Source: Armatimonadota bacterium
GTDB lineage: Bacteria > Armatimonadota > HRBIN16
Length of the DNA stretch: 64,000 nucleotides
Assembly (NCBI GenBank): GCA_963677485.1
Contig: OY781964.1
Span: 960,001 to 1,024,000, forward strand
Direction of reading: 5' to 3'
Positions 19,957-30,880 of the stretch are shown here, one piece after another. The position numbers and the translations under genes are program-made. Position 1 is the stretch's first letter; the number at the start of each line of letters is the position of its first letter. Under the pieces are notes generated by a model that had not been told where the DNA came from, made no database searches, and saw only the letters and a list, made by a program, of their open reading frames with translations.

Positions 19957-20589
19957 TCATCGGGTTTTCTGGAACAACCTCTTCAGATTGCGTGCGGCCT
20001 CGGCGATATCATCGGCAGAGATCAACGCGGAGACCACAGCAACCCCATCGATGCCTGTCTCACTAAAAAGCGGAATGGTGCGCGGGTTGATTCCTCCTAT
20101 GACCACTATGGGCAACGGCACCGCGGACCTGATCGCCTTTAGTTCCTGCAGACTGACCAGTTCCGCGTCGCTCTTCGTATCGGTGGCAAACATGGCGCCG
20201 ACGCCCAGATAATCGGCACCATCCTGCTGTGCCTTCAACGCCTCCGATAGCGAAGAGGCCGAGACACCCAGAATCTTATGGTCACCGATGATCCGGCGAA
20301 CAATATAAGCGGGCAGATCGCTCTGTCCAACATGCACCCCAGCAGCGTCAACCGCAAGCGCGATGTCCACGCGGTCGTTGATGATCAATGGGACACCATA
20401 ACGATCTGTGATCTCTTTGACCCTCACCGCCGCATCGTAAAACTGCCGCGAAGACGCCGTCTTCTCACGCAGTTGCACCACACTGCAGCCGCCTTCAATC
20501 GCCTGCTCCACAGCTTGCTCTAAGGTGGGCGTGCTCATCAACTCACGGTCCGTCACCAGGTATAAACTATAATCCAAATTAGGCTTCAT
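19957..20589 (-). CDS. thiE: Thiamine-phosphate synthase
   Basis: [38 protein letters not shown]. Confidence 0.97.
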   Translation of the reverse strand: MKPNLDYSLYLVTDRELMSTPTLEQAVEQAIEGGCSVVQLREKTASSRQFYDAAVRVKEITDRYGVPLIINDRVDIALAVDAAGVHVGQSDLPAYIVRRIIGDHKILGVSASSLSEALKAQQDGADYLGVGAMFATDTKSDAELVSLQELKAIRSAVPLPIVVIGGINPRTIPLFSETGIDGVAVVSALISADDIAEAARNLKRLFQKTR

Positions 20590-21409
20590 GCAACCTGGCT
20601 CTCTTGCTCAGAATATCGCCATCGAGTTGGCTGATGGCATCAATGATCGCCATACGAAAACTGCCGTTCCCCTTGCCCCCAGCAACATCAGCGGCAAGCT
20701 CGCCTGCGATGCCCATCGAAAGCACACCTCCCGCAGCCGCCGCGAGGTAATCGTCTGATGCACCGCAGAAGCTCCCGACTAACGAGCTGCACATGCAACC
20801 TGTACCGGTGATCCTAGACATCAGACTGGAGCCGTTCTCTATGGTCAGCGTGCGCCTTCCATCGGATATGATGTCGGTGGCACCGGTGATAGCCGTCACG
20901 CATTTGAGCCTTAACGCCACCACCTTGGCGGTCTCTATCCCCTTAGCGATTCCGCCCTTCATGTCCGCATCCGATGCATCGACCCCGAGGGTGGAGGACT
21001 GTAACCCCGCGACGAACATGATCTCCGACATATTACCGCGGATCACAGCGATCTTAACCTGCTCCAGCAGACGCCTGGTGGTCTCATTCCGCAGCGTGGA
21101 AGCGCCGGCACCCACCGGATCGAGTATCACAGGGATATGGCGGGCATTGGCGAACCTGCCAGCAGCGAGCATCGATTCCACGGTCCGATGGTTCAGGGTG
21201 CCGATGTTCAACACCAGTGCCGAGGTGATCGATACGATGTCTTCCATCTCATCGATGTCATCAGCCATAATCGGAGAGCCGCCGATTGCCAGCGTCACAT
21301 TGGCACAGTCGTTGACTGTCACATAGTTGGTAATATGATGCACGAGAGGCTTATTCGCCCGCACCTCTTGTAGGATCTGAGCGATAGATTGAAGTGTCAC
21401 GCTTTCCAA
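20579..21409 (-). CDS. thiM: Hydroxyethylthiazole kinase
   Basis: [42 protein letters not shown]. Confidence 0.97.
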   Translation of the reverse strand: MESVTLQSIAQILQEVRANKPLVHHITNYVTVNDCANVTLAIGGSPIMADDIDEMEDIVSITSALVLNIGTLNHRTVESMLAAGRFANARHIPVILDPVGAGASTLRNETTRRLLEQVKIAVIRGNMSEIMFVAGLQSSTLGVDASDADMKGGIAKGIETAKVVALRLKCVTAITGATDIISDGRRTLTIENGSSLMSRITGTGCMCSSLVGSFCGASDDYLAAAAGGVLSMGIAGELAADVAGGKGNGSFRMAIIDAISQLDGDILSKRARLHEA

Positions 21410-21422
21410 TAGTGGTATTTCC

Positions 21423-22727
21423 TTACTGCAATAGTTCGACGTCTTGCCCGTCGATGATCTGGTTCATTGTTTTGACCGCGCACATCTTGCCGCACATAGA
21501 GCAGCTATGCCTGTCGGCTGGCGGGACGCTTTCGTAATATGCTCTCGCCTTATCGCTGTCGATCGCGAGCTCAAACATCGCATCCCAGTCCAGGGCACGG
21601 CGGGCGACCGCCATGCGGTCATCAATACCACGGGCGCCTTTGATTCCTATCGCGATATCTGCCGCATGAGCCGCGATTTTCGAAGCCACGATGCCTTCTC
21701 GCACATCCGCCAGGTTTGGCAGCCGCAGATGCTCAGCGGGGGTCACATAACACAGGAAATCGGCGCCATTCATCGCTGCGATCGCACCGCCTATGGCTGA
21801 CGTGATGTGGTCATATCCAGGCGCGATATCCGTGACCAACGGCCCCAGCACATAGAACGGTACGCCATGGCACAGCCGCTTCTGAAGCTTCATATTCGCG
21901 GCGATCTCATCCATTGCCATATGGCCAGGACCTTCCACCAGCACTTGAACATCTTTCTGCCAGGCGCGCTTGGTGAGATATCCCAGCTCCGTCAGCTCCG
22001 CTATCTGAGATGCATCTGACGCGTCCTTCAGGCAGCCTGGCCGACAGGCATCGCCAAGACTGATCGTCACATCATGCTCACGCAGAATATCGAGCAACTC
22101 GTCGTAATGCTCAAAGAAGGGGTTTTCATTGTTCGTCATCTTCATCCAGGCAAACAACAACGAACCGCCTCGCGACACGATGTTCATCTGACGCTTTTCA
22201 CGCATGAACAGGTCGACCACTCTCCGGTTGAGACCGGCATGGATGGTCATAAAGTCGACGCCTTCGCGGGCATGTATCCTGACGACCTCCAGGAAGTCCT
22301 GCGCAGTGATATCCTTCAAATCTTTCTCCAGGTAGCCGATCGCGTCATAAATCGGCACAGTGCCGATCATGGCGGGAGAGCAGCCCACCAGCCAGCTTCG
22401 GAACTCGCGTGTCTTTCCGTAGTTGCTCAGATCCATGATCGATTCGGCACCGAACTGGATGGACAGGTTCACTTTCTCTTGTTCGTTTGAGTAGTCCGCA
22501 CAGTCACCCGAAACCCCCAGGTTCACGTTGATTTTCGTGCGGAGCCCTGCGCCGATGCCATATGGATGCAGCGCAGTATGGTTGATATTCGCGGGGATAG
22601 TCACCTGTCCGGATGCGACCAGCGCGAGAAGCTCCTGCTGCGGCAGACCCTCTTCTGCAGCGACCAGGGCGATCTGTTTGGTCACGATGCCCTTTTTGGC
22701 GGCTTCCATCTGAGTTCTATAGTTCAT
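21423..22727 (-). CDS. thiC: Phosphomethylpyrimidine synthase
   Basis: [43 protein letters not shown]. Confidence 0.97.
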   Translation of the reverse strand: MNYRTQMEAAKKGIVTKQIALVAAEEGLPQQELLALVASGQVTIPANINHTALHPYGIGAGLRTKINVNLGVSGDCADYSNEQEKVNLSIQFGAESIMDLSNYGKTREFRSWLVGCSPAMIGTVPIYDAIGYLEKDLKDITAQDFLEVVRIHAREGVDFMTIHAGLNRRVVDLFMREKRQMNIVSRGGSLLFAWMKMTNNENPFFEHYDELLDILREHDVTISLGDACRPGCLKDASDASQIAELTELGYLTKRAWQKDVQVLVEGPGHMAMDEIAANMKLQKRLCHGVPFYVLGPLVTDIAPGYDHITSAIGGAIAAMNGADFLCYVTPAEHLRLPNLADVREGIVASKIAAHAADIAIGIKGARGIDDRMAVARRALDWDAMFELAIDSDKARAYYESVPPADRHSCSMCGKMCAVKTMNQIIDGQDVELLQ

Positions 22728-23538
22728 TTGAATCTGCTCCTGTAGGTAATCCATTGCGATAGAGATCATAAAAATGGTGAGTTGGCCCGCAGCCTTTTCC
22801 AATTGCCAGCGCATGCCTGATAGCCGTTGTGACATACTCTTTCGCCTTGCCTACGGCATCTGCCATGTTAAGGCCTAGAGCAAGATTTGACGCGATGGCC
22901 GACGAATACGTGCAGCCCGTCCCATGGGTGTTCTTGGTGTCGATGCGCTCTGTGGAGTAACAGGAGAATTGTTGGCCGTCGTAAAGAACATCCAGCGCGT
23001 CACCTGCAGCATGACCACCCTTCACCAGCACACCTTTTGCCCCAAGCCCGCATATCACCTTGGCGGCCTGCTTCATATCATCGGTCGAGTGTATCTCCAT
23101 CTGAGCGATTTTCTCAGCCTCGGGGATATTAGGAGTCAGCAGGTCTGCCAGTGGGAGTATCTCTTGAATGAGCGTATCGATGGCATCCGGGTTCATCAGA
23201 GCGCAGCCGTTTTTTGCATACATCACAGGGTCGATCACCACATTCCCCGGATGGTAGGCCCTCAGTTTCCGTGCAACAGCCATCATGCATTGCGGCTGTG
23301 AAAGCATCCCCACCTTAACTGCGTCCGTTCCGATATCCTCAAAGATCGCGTCTATCTGCTTCTCAATCATATCGGGTGTGATATCTTGAATGTCGATCAC
23401 TCGAAATGTGTTCTCAGCCACCACCGACACGATCACACTCATGCCGTAGACGCCGTGCGCCGAGAATGTTTTGAGGTCAGCCTGTATCCCGGCACCTCCG
23501 CTGCAATCTGACCCGGCAATGGTCAGCACTTTCTTCAT
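22717..23538 (-). CDS. thiD: HMP/HMP-P kinase
   Basis: [44 protein letters not shown]. Confidence 0.97.
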   Translation of the reverse strand: MKKVLTIAGSDCSGGAGIQADLKTFSAHGVYGMSVIVSVVAENTFRVIDIQDITPDMIEKQIDAIFEDIGTDAVKVGMLSQPQCMMAVARKLRAYHPGNVVIDPVMYAKNGCALMNPDAIDTLIQEILPLADLLTPNIPEAEKIAQMEIHSTDDMKQAAKVICGLGAKGVLVKGGHAAGDALDVLYDGQQFSCYSTERIDTKNTHGTGCTYSSAIASNLALGLNMADAVGKAKEYVTTAIRHALAIGKGCGPTHHFYDLYRNGLPTGADSNEL

Positions 23539-23613
23539 CGGGTTCTCCTTATCCGTCGCGCAACGCGTCGTTCAATGCGGTGTATTCTGTCAGAGACACT
23601 AGACCAATGCACA

Positions 23614-23647
23614 GAAGGCGCCTTCCTGTCTACAGGAAAGCGCCTTC
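23614..23647 (-). terminator. Expression-platform hairpin of the TPP riboswitch
   Basis: GAAGGCGCTTTCCTGT-AG-ACAGGAAGGCGCCTTC hairpin between the aptamer and thiD. Confidence 0.6.
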
Positions 23648-23673
23648 ATCAATAGTTTTTTTGTATGTGATTT

Positions 23674-23758
23674 TTTGCTTCCCTACGCTAGTGTTAACTA
23701 CCAGGTTCAAGGGGTCAGGTTTTACCTTCTCAACTCTTTCGAGTTCCCCCGCAAATAT
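23674..23758 (-). ncRNA. TPP riboswitch aptamer
   Basis: Minus strand GCGGGGGAACTC-GAAA-GAGTTGAGAAG...GACCCCTTGAACCTG...AACACTAGCGTAGGGAAGC upstream of the thi operon. Confidence 0.93.
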
Positions 23759-23852
23759 TTAGTTTTTCTACGTACACAATCTAACACTTAACGTGTTGGT
23801 TGTCAAAGCACCCAGCATATTCACTGGGTGCTTTATACTTGACGTACCGAGG

Positions 23853-25175
23853 CTAGAATTTGACTTCTACCGCCTCAACCGCAGCGATGCCACCCTCATA
23901 TCCTGGCTTACCCAGCAGCTTGAACATGTTCAGCTTGTAGGCTTCCACACCGGGCTGGTTGAAGGGGTTGACGCCCTGCATCAGGCAGCTGACGCCGCAT
24001 GCATACTCAAACATATACATCAGCGCTCCCAGGCTGGCGGCGCTCAGTTCCGCAAGATGGATGGTCAGGTTTGGCACCCCGCCATCACGATGCGCGGCGG
24101 CGGTGGCCTCGTAGGCCATCTGATTCACCCAACTGATCGGCTTGCCAGCCAGGTAGTTCATGCCATCGGCGTCCACATCCCAGGCGGGCACCGTCAGATC
24201 GGGCTCTCCCCCATCAATGATCACGAAGCTCTCGATCAGGTTCCTGCGCCCCTCCTGAACATACTGACCCATGCTGTGCAGGTCAGTGGTGAAGTCCACA
24301 GCCGCCGGGAACAGTCCGATGTTCTGCTTGCCTTCGCTTTCGCCAAAGAGCTGCTTCCACCACTCAGCTAAGGTATGAAGACGCGGTTCAAAGTTGGCCA
24401 GCAGCTCGGTGCTGTAGCCCTGGTGGTAGAGCACATTCCGGGCGGCGGCGTAGAATAGCGCGGGGTTCTTCAACGGATCATCGCTGCCAGCGCACAGTTT
24501 GGCACACTCGGCAGCTCCCTGAACCAACGCTTTGATATCTACCCCAGCGTATCCGATGGGCAATAGTCCCACCGCACTCAACACGGAATAGCGTCCGCCG
24601 ATGGTGTCCGGCACCACGAATGTGGCACAGCCCATCTCGCGGGCAAGCTTCAACAGGGAGCCCTTATTGGCATCCGTGGTGGCTACAATCCACTCGCTCT
24701 GCTTGTCGGCAGGTACCAGTTGCTTCAACAGCCGGAAGGCCACTGCAGGCTCGGTCGTGGTGCCCGATTTGCTGATGACGTTGATGGCCACCCTCTTGCC
24801 GGAAAGCTGCTTGATGAGTTTTGTGGCATAATCGGCACTGATATTCTGGCCTGCATAGACCACCTGTTCTGGGCAGTCGGAAAGGGCTTCAATGACTGCC
24901 CGAGAGCCGAGGTAGCTTCCGCCGATGCCAATAACCACAAGCATGTCGGTCTCTTTGCGAAGTTGGGCGATCTTGGCGTTCAGCCGTGAGTTTTCATCAC
25001 TCGTGAGTATCTCCGCAGGGCTCAACCATCCGGTGAACTCGGCACCGGCGCAGCGAGCTTCTCGCAAGTTACGGGCACAGGCTGACACCTGCACCGATCG
25101 TTCGGCCACCATCTCGGCGGTCAGGTTAGGGGCCAGATACTTGGCATCGAGCGTGATTGGTGATTTTATTGACAT
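23853..25175 (-). CDS. pgi: Glucose-6-phosphate isomerase
   Basis: IGIGGSYLG, ISKSGTTTEP, GGRYSVLS, WWKQLFGESEGK, DLHSMGQ, NPFNQPGVEAYK. Confidence 0.97.
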   Translation of the reverse strand: MSIKSPITLDAKYLAPNLTAEMVAERSVQVSACARNLREARCAGAEFTGWLSPAEILTSDENSRLNAKIAQLRKETDMLVVIGIGGSYLGSRAVIEALSDCPEQVVYAGQNISADYATKLIKQLSGKRVAINVISKSGTTTEPAVAFRLLKQLVPADKQSEWIVATTDANKGSLLKLAREMGCATFVVPDTIGGRYSVLSAVGLLPIGYAGVDIKALVQGAAECAKLCAGSDDPLKNPALFYAAARNVLYHQGYSTELLANFEPRLHTLAEWWKQLFGESEGKQNIGLFPAAVDFTTDLHSMGQYVQEGRRNLIESFVIIDGGEPDLTVPAWDVDADGMNYLAGKPISWVNQMAYEATAAAHRDGGVPNLTIHLAELSAASLGALMYMFEYACGVSCLMQGVNPFNQPGVEAYKLNMFKLLGKPGYEGGIAAVEAVEVKF

Positions 25176-25189
25176 AGTTTTCTCCGAAT

Positions 25190-25885
25190 CTAATTCTTAG
25201 GTGCCGAAGCACTCTCTTTTTCTGGTGCGAAATGGTGCCATATCCATAACCCCATGCCTAGCAGGATCACAGCGGCAATGACGTAGTCAACACCATGCAG
25301 GTATTTGCCCACTGTGCTCCAGTTTTGCCCCAGCTTGACTCCCGCCCAGGTCAACAGGTAACACCACGGCACGGAACCTGCGAAGCTAAGGGCCAAAAAC
25401 GGCATGAGGGGTACTCTGCTGACTCCTGCAGGGAAGGAGATGAATGTGCGGATAATGGGAAGCAGCCGGCTGATAAAAACCGCGGAAAGCCCGTATTTAT
25501 CAAAAAAGCGATCTGCTGCATCCATATCACGCCTTCGGATGAGGATGTATTTGCCGTATTTATCGATGAACGGACGTCCTCCGTACATGCCAGCCATATA
25601 GGCAACATAGCTTCCTACCATACAGCCAATGGCTCCTGCCATCGAAGCGTAATGGATATTAAACTCGCCTTGGCTCACCGCATATCCGGCAAACGGCATG
25701 ATTAGTTCACTGGGTAACGGGATACAGGCACTCTCGATGGCCATTAATGTGCCGATTCCGGCATATCCTCCGCCGGTGATCACACCTTCGACCCATTTCC
25801 CTATGGAGACGAGTATGGTGTGCAGCGCCGAGGGGGAGTTCGCTACAGCCAGGTACATCGCTAGAAGTGCATTTATTCTTACCAC
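25190..25885 (-). CDS. DedA family membrane protein
   Basis: MAIESACIPLPSELIMPFAG, YGGRP, RLLPIIRTFISFPAG. Confidence 0.92.
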   Translation of the reverse strand: MVRINALLAMYLAVANSPSALHTILVSIGKWVEGVITGGGYAGIGTLMAIESACIPLPSELIMPFAGYAVSQGEFNIHYASMAGAIGCMVGSYVAYMAGMYGGRPFIDKYGKYILIRRRDMDAADRFFDKYGLSAVFISRLLPIIRTFISFPAGVSRVPLMPFLALSFAGSVPWCYLLTWAGVKLGQNWSTVGKYLHGVDYVIAAVILLGMGLWIWHHFAPEKESASAPKN

Positions 25886-26013
25886 GAGCAGGGGGTGTCC
25901 TCCTTAGGGCAACCTGTGTTTACTTACAGTCCAGTATAATTATATAACGGATAGGAATTGTTATCTGGTTCCAAAACACAATGGACCTTAGGTGACACGA
26001 ACAGGAGCAGAAA

Positions 26014-27273
26014 ATGGATGATGTTATCACGGCATTAACCCAGCAGGCTATGGATGCACGCGTTGCGGCGTATGAACTGGCTACAATAAGCACTGCGGCT
26101 AAAAACCAGGCACTGCTTTCAATGGCTAAAGCTCTAGTCGATGCTGAACCTGCGATTTTGGCGGCTAACGAGGCGGATATCGCCGCAGCCCGCACAAATG
26201 GCCTGACAGAACCTATGATCGAACGCCTGACGCTGGATCATAAACGAATTCTCGCGATGGCCGAGGGTATGGAGCAAGTCGCTTCACTTCCAGACCCAGT
26301 GGGCGAAATTGTCAGCGGGTCCGTACGGCCAAATGGCCTGCGCATCCAACAGGTTCGATCACCTTTAGGGGTCATCGGCATTATCTATGAGAGCCGACCG
26401 AATGTCACCGCTGATGCGGCGGCGCTTTGCCTAAAAAGCGGAAACGCCGTGATACTACGCGGTGGTAAAGAGGCGTATAACAGCAACAAAGCGATCACCG
26501 ATGTGCTGACCGCCGCGATTGTATCGGCCGGACTGCCTGCATGCTCTGTGCAGATGGTGCAGACGATCGACCGTGAGGCCACCACCGGACTTATGCGTAT
26601 GACCAAATGGGTGGACTGCATCATCCCTCGCGGCGGAGCAGGGTTGATCAACCATGTGGTGCAAAACAGCACCGTACCGGTCATCGAGACCGGGGCTGGC
26701 AACTGCCATACATACATACATGATGATGCTGACCTCAAAATGGCGCTCGACATCGCGGTCAACGCGAAGTGCCAGCGGCCCAGCGTGTGTAATTCTATGG
26801 AGACACTGCTGGTGCATTCACGCATTGCGGAGTTCTACCTGCCGCTGCTGGCCGACGTGATGGCAGAAAAAGGTGTGGAGCTGCGTGGTTGCGAACGAAC
26901 AATGACATATATTCCGTCAGCGATTCCCGCAACCGAGGAAGATTGGGCCACGGAATACAACGCACTGATTCTGGCCGTCAAAATAGTCGACAATGTGCAT
27001 GAGGCTGTGGCACATATCAATAAATATGGCACCCGCCACTCTGAGACTATTGTCACAAAGAGCCTGAAGCATTCGCAGATATTCACACGAGGGATTGACG
27101 CGGCGGCTGTCTACGTGAACGCCAGCACCCGCTTTACTGATGGCTTCGAGTTCGGGTTCGGTGCCGAAATCGGCATCAGCACCCAGAAGCTGCACGCACG
27201 CGGCCCCATGGGTCTAAAAGAACTGACCACCACTCGGTATATCATTCACGGTGACGGACAGATTAGAGGCTAA
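26014..27273 (+). CDS. proA: Gamma-glutamyl phosphate reductase
   Basis: PLGVIGIIYESRPNVT, LRGGKEA, IPRGG, CNSMETLL, NASTRFTDG, ISTQKLHARGP. Confidence 0.97.
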   Translation: MDDVITALTQQAMDARVAAYELATISTAAKNQALLSMAKALVDAEPAILAANEADIAAARTNGLTEPMIERLTLDHKRILAMAEGMEQVASLPDPVGEIVSGSVRPNGLRIQQVRSPLGVIGIIYESRPNVTADAAALCLKSGNAVILRGGKEAYNSNKAITDVLTAAIVSAGLPACSVQMVQTIDREATTGLMRMTKWVDCIIPRGGAGLINHVVQNSTVPVIETGAGNCHTYIHDDADLKMALDIAVNAKCQRPSVCNSMETLLVHSRIAEFYLPLLADVMAEKGVELRGCERTMTYIPSAIPATEEDWATEYNALILAVKIVDNVHEAVAHINKYGTRHSETIVTKSLKHSQIFTRGIDAAAVYVNASTRFTDGFEFGFGAEIGISTQKLHARGPMGLKELTTTRYIIHGDGQIRG

Positions 27274-27876
27274 ATGCATATCGGGATATACGGGGGTAGT
27301 TTCAATCCCATACACCATGGTCACTTGATCCTGGCACAGCACACAGCGGAAATCTGTGGTATCGACAGAATGCTGCTGGTGCCGTGCCATACCCCCGTAC
27401 ACAAACATCCGCAAGAGTTAGCGTGTGCGGAGCTGCGGTGGCAGATGGTAAAGGCATCTGTAGCTGGTCACCCGCTGCTCGAAGCATGTGATGTCGAGAT
27501 CCGGCGTCCCGGCCCCTCGTTCACCTCGGATACGCTGCAGGAGCTGCACAGGATGTATCCTGACGACCACTTTTCGATGCTGATCGGTACGGACACTCTT
27601 CTTCAAATCGCCCAGTGGCATCAGCCTGAAATGATTTTATCCCTGTGCAATTTGCTAGTTTTACATCGTCCTGGTTACCGGGTTGATCGTCCTGAGCAGT
27701 ATCTACCCATGGGTTCACCTGCAGAATGCGTCACAATGATAGAGGCGCCCCATTTACAGATTTCGTCTTCGGATATCCGGCAGCGAATTGCTGATGGCAA
27801 GTCTATTCGTTACTTGACACCAGATGCAGCAGTCCAAATTATGGATGAGCATCTTCTTTACCGTAAAACACTCTGA
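27274..27876 (+). CDS. nadD: Nicotinate-nucleotide adenylyltransferase
   Basis: GIYGGSFNPIHHGH, SFTSDTL, IGTD, ISSSDIR. Confidence 0.95.
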   Translation: MHIGIYGGSFNPIHHGHLILAQHTAEICGIDRMLLVPCHTPVHKHPQELACAELRWQMVKASVAGHPLLEACDVEIRRPGPSFTSDTLQELHRMYPDDHFSMLIGTDTLLQIAQWHQPEMILSLCNLLVLHRPGYRVDRPEQYLPMGSPAECVTMIEAPHLQISSSDIRQRIADGKSIRYLTPDAAVQIMDEHLLYRKTL

Positions 27877-27894
27877 GGAAACAACGTACGTCAC

Positions 27895-28839
27895 ATGAAT
27901 AAGTCGCGCATAGCCTGGGTCGGACTGGGCATTCTGGTCGTCGCTGCCGCCATTACGGCAGGCATCATGATGGGTTTAAATAAAGTGATGCCCTCTTCTC
28001 ACAACAACTCCGCTCACAATGAGATTCAGATCAGTCGAATGAAGCTTCTGGTGATGGGCCTTGATGAAGTGGGTAAGAACACAGACACCCTCGCTGCGGT
28101 CGATGTCGATGCCGCCAGCAACACCATCTCAGTTTTATCAATACCCCGTGACACGCGTACAGACATTGAGGGCCACCGAACCTTCCGTATCAATGCAGCA
28201 TACGCCTGGGGCGGGATCGATCTGGCCAAATCGACGGTTGAAAAGCTCATTGGAGATACGTTCGACCACTATATCATAGTGAGACTTGAGGGTTTTGCTC
28301 AGGTGATCGACGCTATGGGTGGCGTAGACATCGACGTCGAAAAAGACATGGACTATGTCGACCGCGGACAGAAGCTGTATATCCACCTTCGCAAAGGCAA
28401 CCGCCACCTCACAGGCGAAACCGCCATCCATTATGCACGATTCCGGCATGACGCCCGCGGTGACCTGGGCCGCGTCGTGCGTCAGCAAAAGCTGCTGAGA
28501 GCCGTGCTGGAAAAGATGCTTAGCCCTAAAATGCTGCCGCAACTACCCCAACTGATGCAGGTGGCCAAACAAAACAGTGATACCGACCTGAGCATCCCCC
28601 AGATGATCGCACTGGCAAGGCAAGCCCGGAAATCTGGTGACGACGGCCTGAAGACCGCCATGCTCTCGGGAGCACCTAAGATGATCAACGGCGGCAGCTT
28701 CTATGTCGTCGAACTGCCGGAAGCGACTGAAGGCATACAAGCTATTGTCGATGCCATCGTCAAAACTAACGAGCCAGAACCAACGGCACACCCCGCTGCC
28801 GCACTCTCCCAAAGCACCGCCCCTAAAGGAGGCCTATGA
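27895..28839 (+). CDS. LCP (LytR-CpsA-Psr) family protein
   Basis: N-terminal TM; LLVMGLD, TDT, LSIPRDT, INAAYAWGG, YARFRHD, GDLGRVVRQQ. Confidence 0.93.
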   Translation: MNKSRIAWVGLGILVVAAAITAGIMMGLNKVMPSSHNNSAHNEIQISRMKLLVMGLDEVGKNTDTLAAVDVDAASNTISVLSIPRDTRTDIEGHRTFRINAAYAWGGIDLAKSTVEKLIGDTFDHYIIVRLEGFAQVIDAMGGVDIDVEKDMDYVDRGQKLYIHLRKGNRHLTGETAIHYARFRHDARGDLGRVVRQQKLLRAVLEKMLSPKMLPQLPQLMQVAKQNSDTDLSIPQMIALARQARKSGDDGLKTAMLSGAPKMINGGSFYVVELPEATEGIQAIVDAIVKTNEPEPTAHPAAALSQSTAPKGGL

Positions 28840-29174
28840 TTTTGACTTCTAAAGAACGTGTAGACATAATAATCGCCGCTGCCGAAGAGGTAAAAGCGGA
28901 AGATATCCAAACCGTAGAGTTGATTGGTAAAACACTTATCGCGGACTACTTTGTGATAGCCACCGGCCGCACCAACGTGCAAGCGCGCGCCATCGCGGAC
29001 CGCATACTGGAACGCTGCCGCGAGTCTGGTTACAAAAAAGTGCAGGACGAAGGTTACCGCGAAGCGCAGTGGATTGTTCTAGATTACGGTGATGTGATCG
29101 TGCATGTCATGCAGCCTGAGCAGCGCGAATACTATAGCATCGAAGACCTGTGGAAGAACTTCGTCCGGGAGTAA
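28836..29174 (+). CDS. rsfS: Ribosome silencing factor
   Basis: KAEDI, IADYFVIATG, EG...WIVLDYGDVIVHVM, REYYSIEDLW. Confidence 0.95.
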   Translation: MILTSKERVDIIIAAAEEVKAEDIQTVELIGKTLIADYFVIATGRTNVQARAIADRILERCRESGYKKVQDEGYREAQWIVLDYGDVIVHVMQPEQREYYSIEDLWKNFVRE

Positions 29175-29196
29175 CTCGGTAGAATCGAGGCCATTC

Positions 29197-29859
29197 ATGA
29201 CAGACCAGACAAACCAGCCCGATATACAACAGAAGATTGAGCTTCAACTACGCCAGGCCATCTTACAGCAGATGCGTGGCGACCTGGTTGAGGCTCAGAA
29301 AGCCTGCGTGGAGATACTCAGACTCGAACCCCGCCATGTGGAAGCTCTGGAGTTGATGGGCGATCTGCTATGTGCCAGGGGTGATACGGTACACGCCATC
29401 ATCGCCTACCGGCAAGCTAAAGATAACTCAGTGCAAGGAACGCCGGCGTATGCATCGGCAGAACGCAAGTGGGCGACGCTGCTATACGAGCAATCGCTAC
29501 CTGAACTTGAACCGTCTGAAGTTCGGATAAGCCCTGTGATCGCTCTGGTATTGTCATTGATGCTGCCTGGTGTGGCTCACCTGTGGATGAGGCAGTTCAC
29601 TAAGGCTGGCATCATGATAGGTTGCGGGATGGTGTTGACCACTCTCCTGCTCTTTTCGCCATGGGGAATCATCGAAACTCGGACTGTATCGGCCATCACA
29701 ACTGGTCCTGTTCTACTCTCGTTTTTACTGATGTCAGTGGCATTCACTGCCGCTATCGATGCTTATCAGATCGCAGCAGGCTTGAAACCCAAAGCTGCTA
29801 AGCCTGTTCACCCGGCTCTGCCAGAGGAGGTCCGCAACAACCCAGATGCCAAGCCCTAA
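29197..29859 (+). CDS. TPR-containing membrane protein
   Basis: TPR-like helices (ILRLEPRHVEALELMGDL); C-terminal ALVLSLMLPGVAHLW TM bundle. Confidence 0.7.
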   Translation: MTDQTNQPDIQQKIELQLRQAILQQMRGDLVEAQKACVEILRLEPRHVEALELMGDLLCARGDTVHAIIAYRQAKDNSVQGTPAYASAERKWATLLYEQSLPELEPSEVRISPVIALVLSLMLPGVAHLWMRQFTKAGIMIGCGMVLTTLLLFSPWGIIETRTVSAITTGPVLLSFLLMSVAFTAAIDAYQIAAGLKPKAAKPVHPALPEEVRNNPDAKP

Positions 29860-30880
29860 CCCCACGGAACCTATCGCCAGCATCCACCCCAAAGTGGGGA
29901 TCATCGGTGCTGGCGGCATGGCGAAGCGCCATGGTGCCGCTTATATGCAAATGAAAGATGTCTGCACCGTCCAGGCGGTGCATGATTTCAGTGCTGAGTA
30001 TGGGGGGATGGTGGCGGCTAACTGTCACGCAGAATACATCGACAGCTACGAGCAGATACTCGAATGCGTCGACGTCGTCGATATCTGCCTGCCCACTCCC
30101 TGGCATCTACAATATGTCTCTCAGGCACTTCAGGCTGGTAAGCATGTGATATGCGAAAAGCCCATGGCGCTATCAGTCGCGGAATGCCGCCAGATGATAG
30201 AGCTGGCTGAAGAACACGATCGTCTGCTCTACCCCGCTCACGTGCTGCGTTTCTTCCCTGACTTCGCGGCCGCGCACCGAGCCATACGCTCTGGACAGAT
30301 CGGTACCCCGCAGATCGTCTGCACACGGCGCGGCGGCGACCATCCCCGTTCACCCATCGGCTGGTATGCCGACCCCAAGCTGAGCGGCGGTGTGATGCTG
30401 GACCTCATCATCCATGATTTTGACTGGCTACGCTGGACATTTGGCGAGGTGGCTGAGGTGAGTGCCGAATCGCTGACCTACCGCGGGCTGGATCACCTGG
30501 ACTACGCCTTCGTGACGCTGCGCTTTGAAAGCGGCGTGCTGGCATTTGTCGAGGGGAGCTGGGCAGACCCTGGGGGCTTCAGCATCGAATTCGAAGCCAC
30601 AGGCAGCAGCGGACAGTTCCGCTTTGGCAACAAGGACACAGCGGTCATAGAGCTATCGAGCCGCACCGAGGCCATGGGGGTCAAAAAAGGCGTCAGTCAG
30701 GCACTGCCCACCACCAGCATCAACTCCTACGAGCAAGAGCTGCGCCACTTTGTGGCGATACTAAATGGTGCAGAGCCCGTGATCACCGCGCATGATGGGC
30801 TGAAGGCTGTGCAGATAGCCCAAGCGGCTCAGATCAGCGTCCAAACCGGACGGCCGGTGAACCCCGCGGAGGTGGAGTAG
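29846..30880 (+). CDS. Gfo/Idh/MocA family oxidoreductase
   Basis: VGIIGAGGM, DICLPT, KHVICEKP, HVLRFFP, SGGVMLDLIIHDFD. Confidence 0.93.
   Translation: MPSPNPTEPIASIHPKVGIIGAGGMAKRHGAAYMQMKDVCTVQAVHDFSAEYGGMVAANCHAEYIDSYEQILECVDVVDICLPTPWHLQYVSQALQAGKHVICEKPMALSVAECRQMIELAEEHDRLLYPAHVLRFFPDFAAAHRAIRSGQIGTPQIVCTRRGGDHPRSPIGWYADPKLSGGVMLDLIIHDFDWLRWTFGEVAEVSAESLTYRGLDHLDYAFVTLRFESGVLAFVEGSWADPGGFSIEFEATGSSGQFRFGNKDTAVIELSSRTEAMGVKKGVSQALPTTSINSYEQELRHFVAILNGAEPVITAHDGLKAVQIAQAAQISVQTGRPVNPAEVE

Noticed and set aside
22728-22835. N-terminal extension of ThiC in the ORF track (likewise NusA 4154 and RbfA 7704)
   Set aside because: The extensions overlap the upstream gene or leader; homology and SD sequences support the downstream ATGs.
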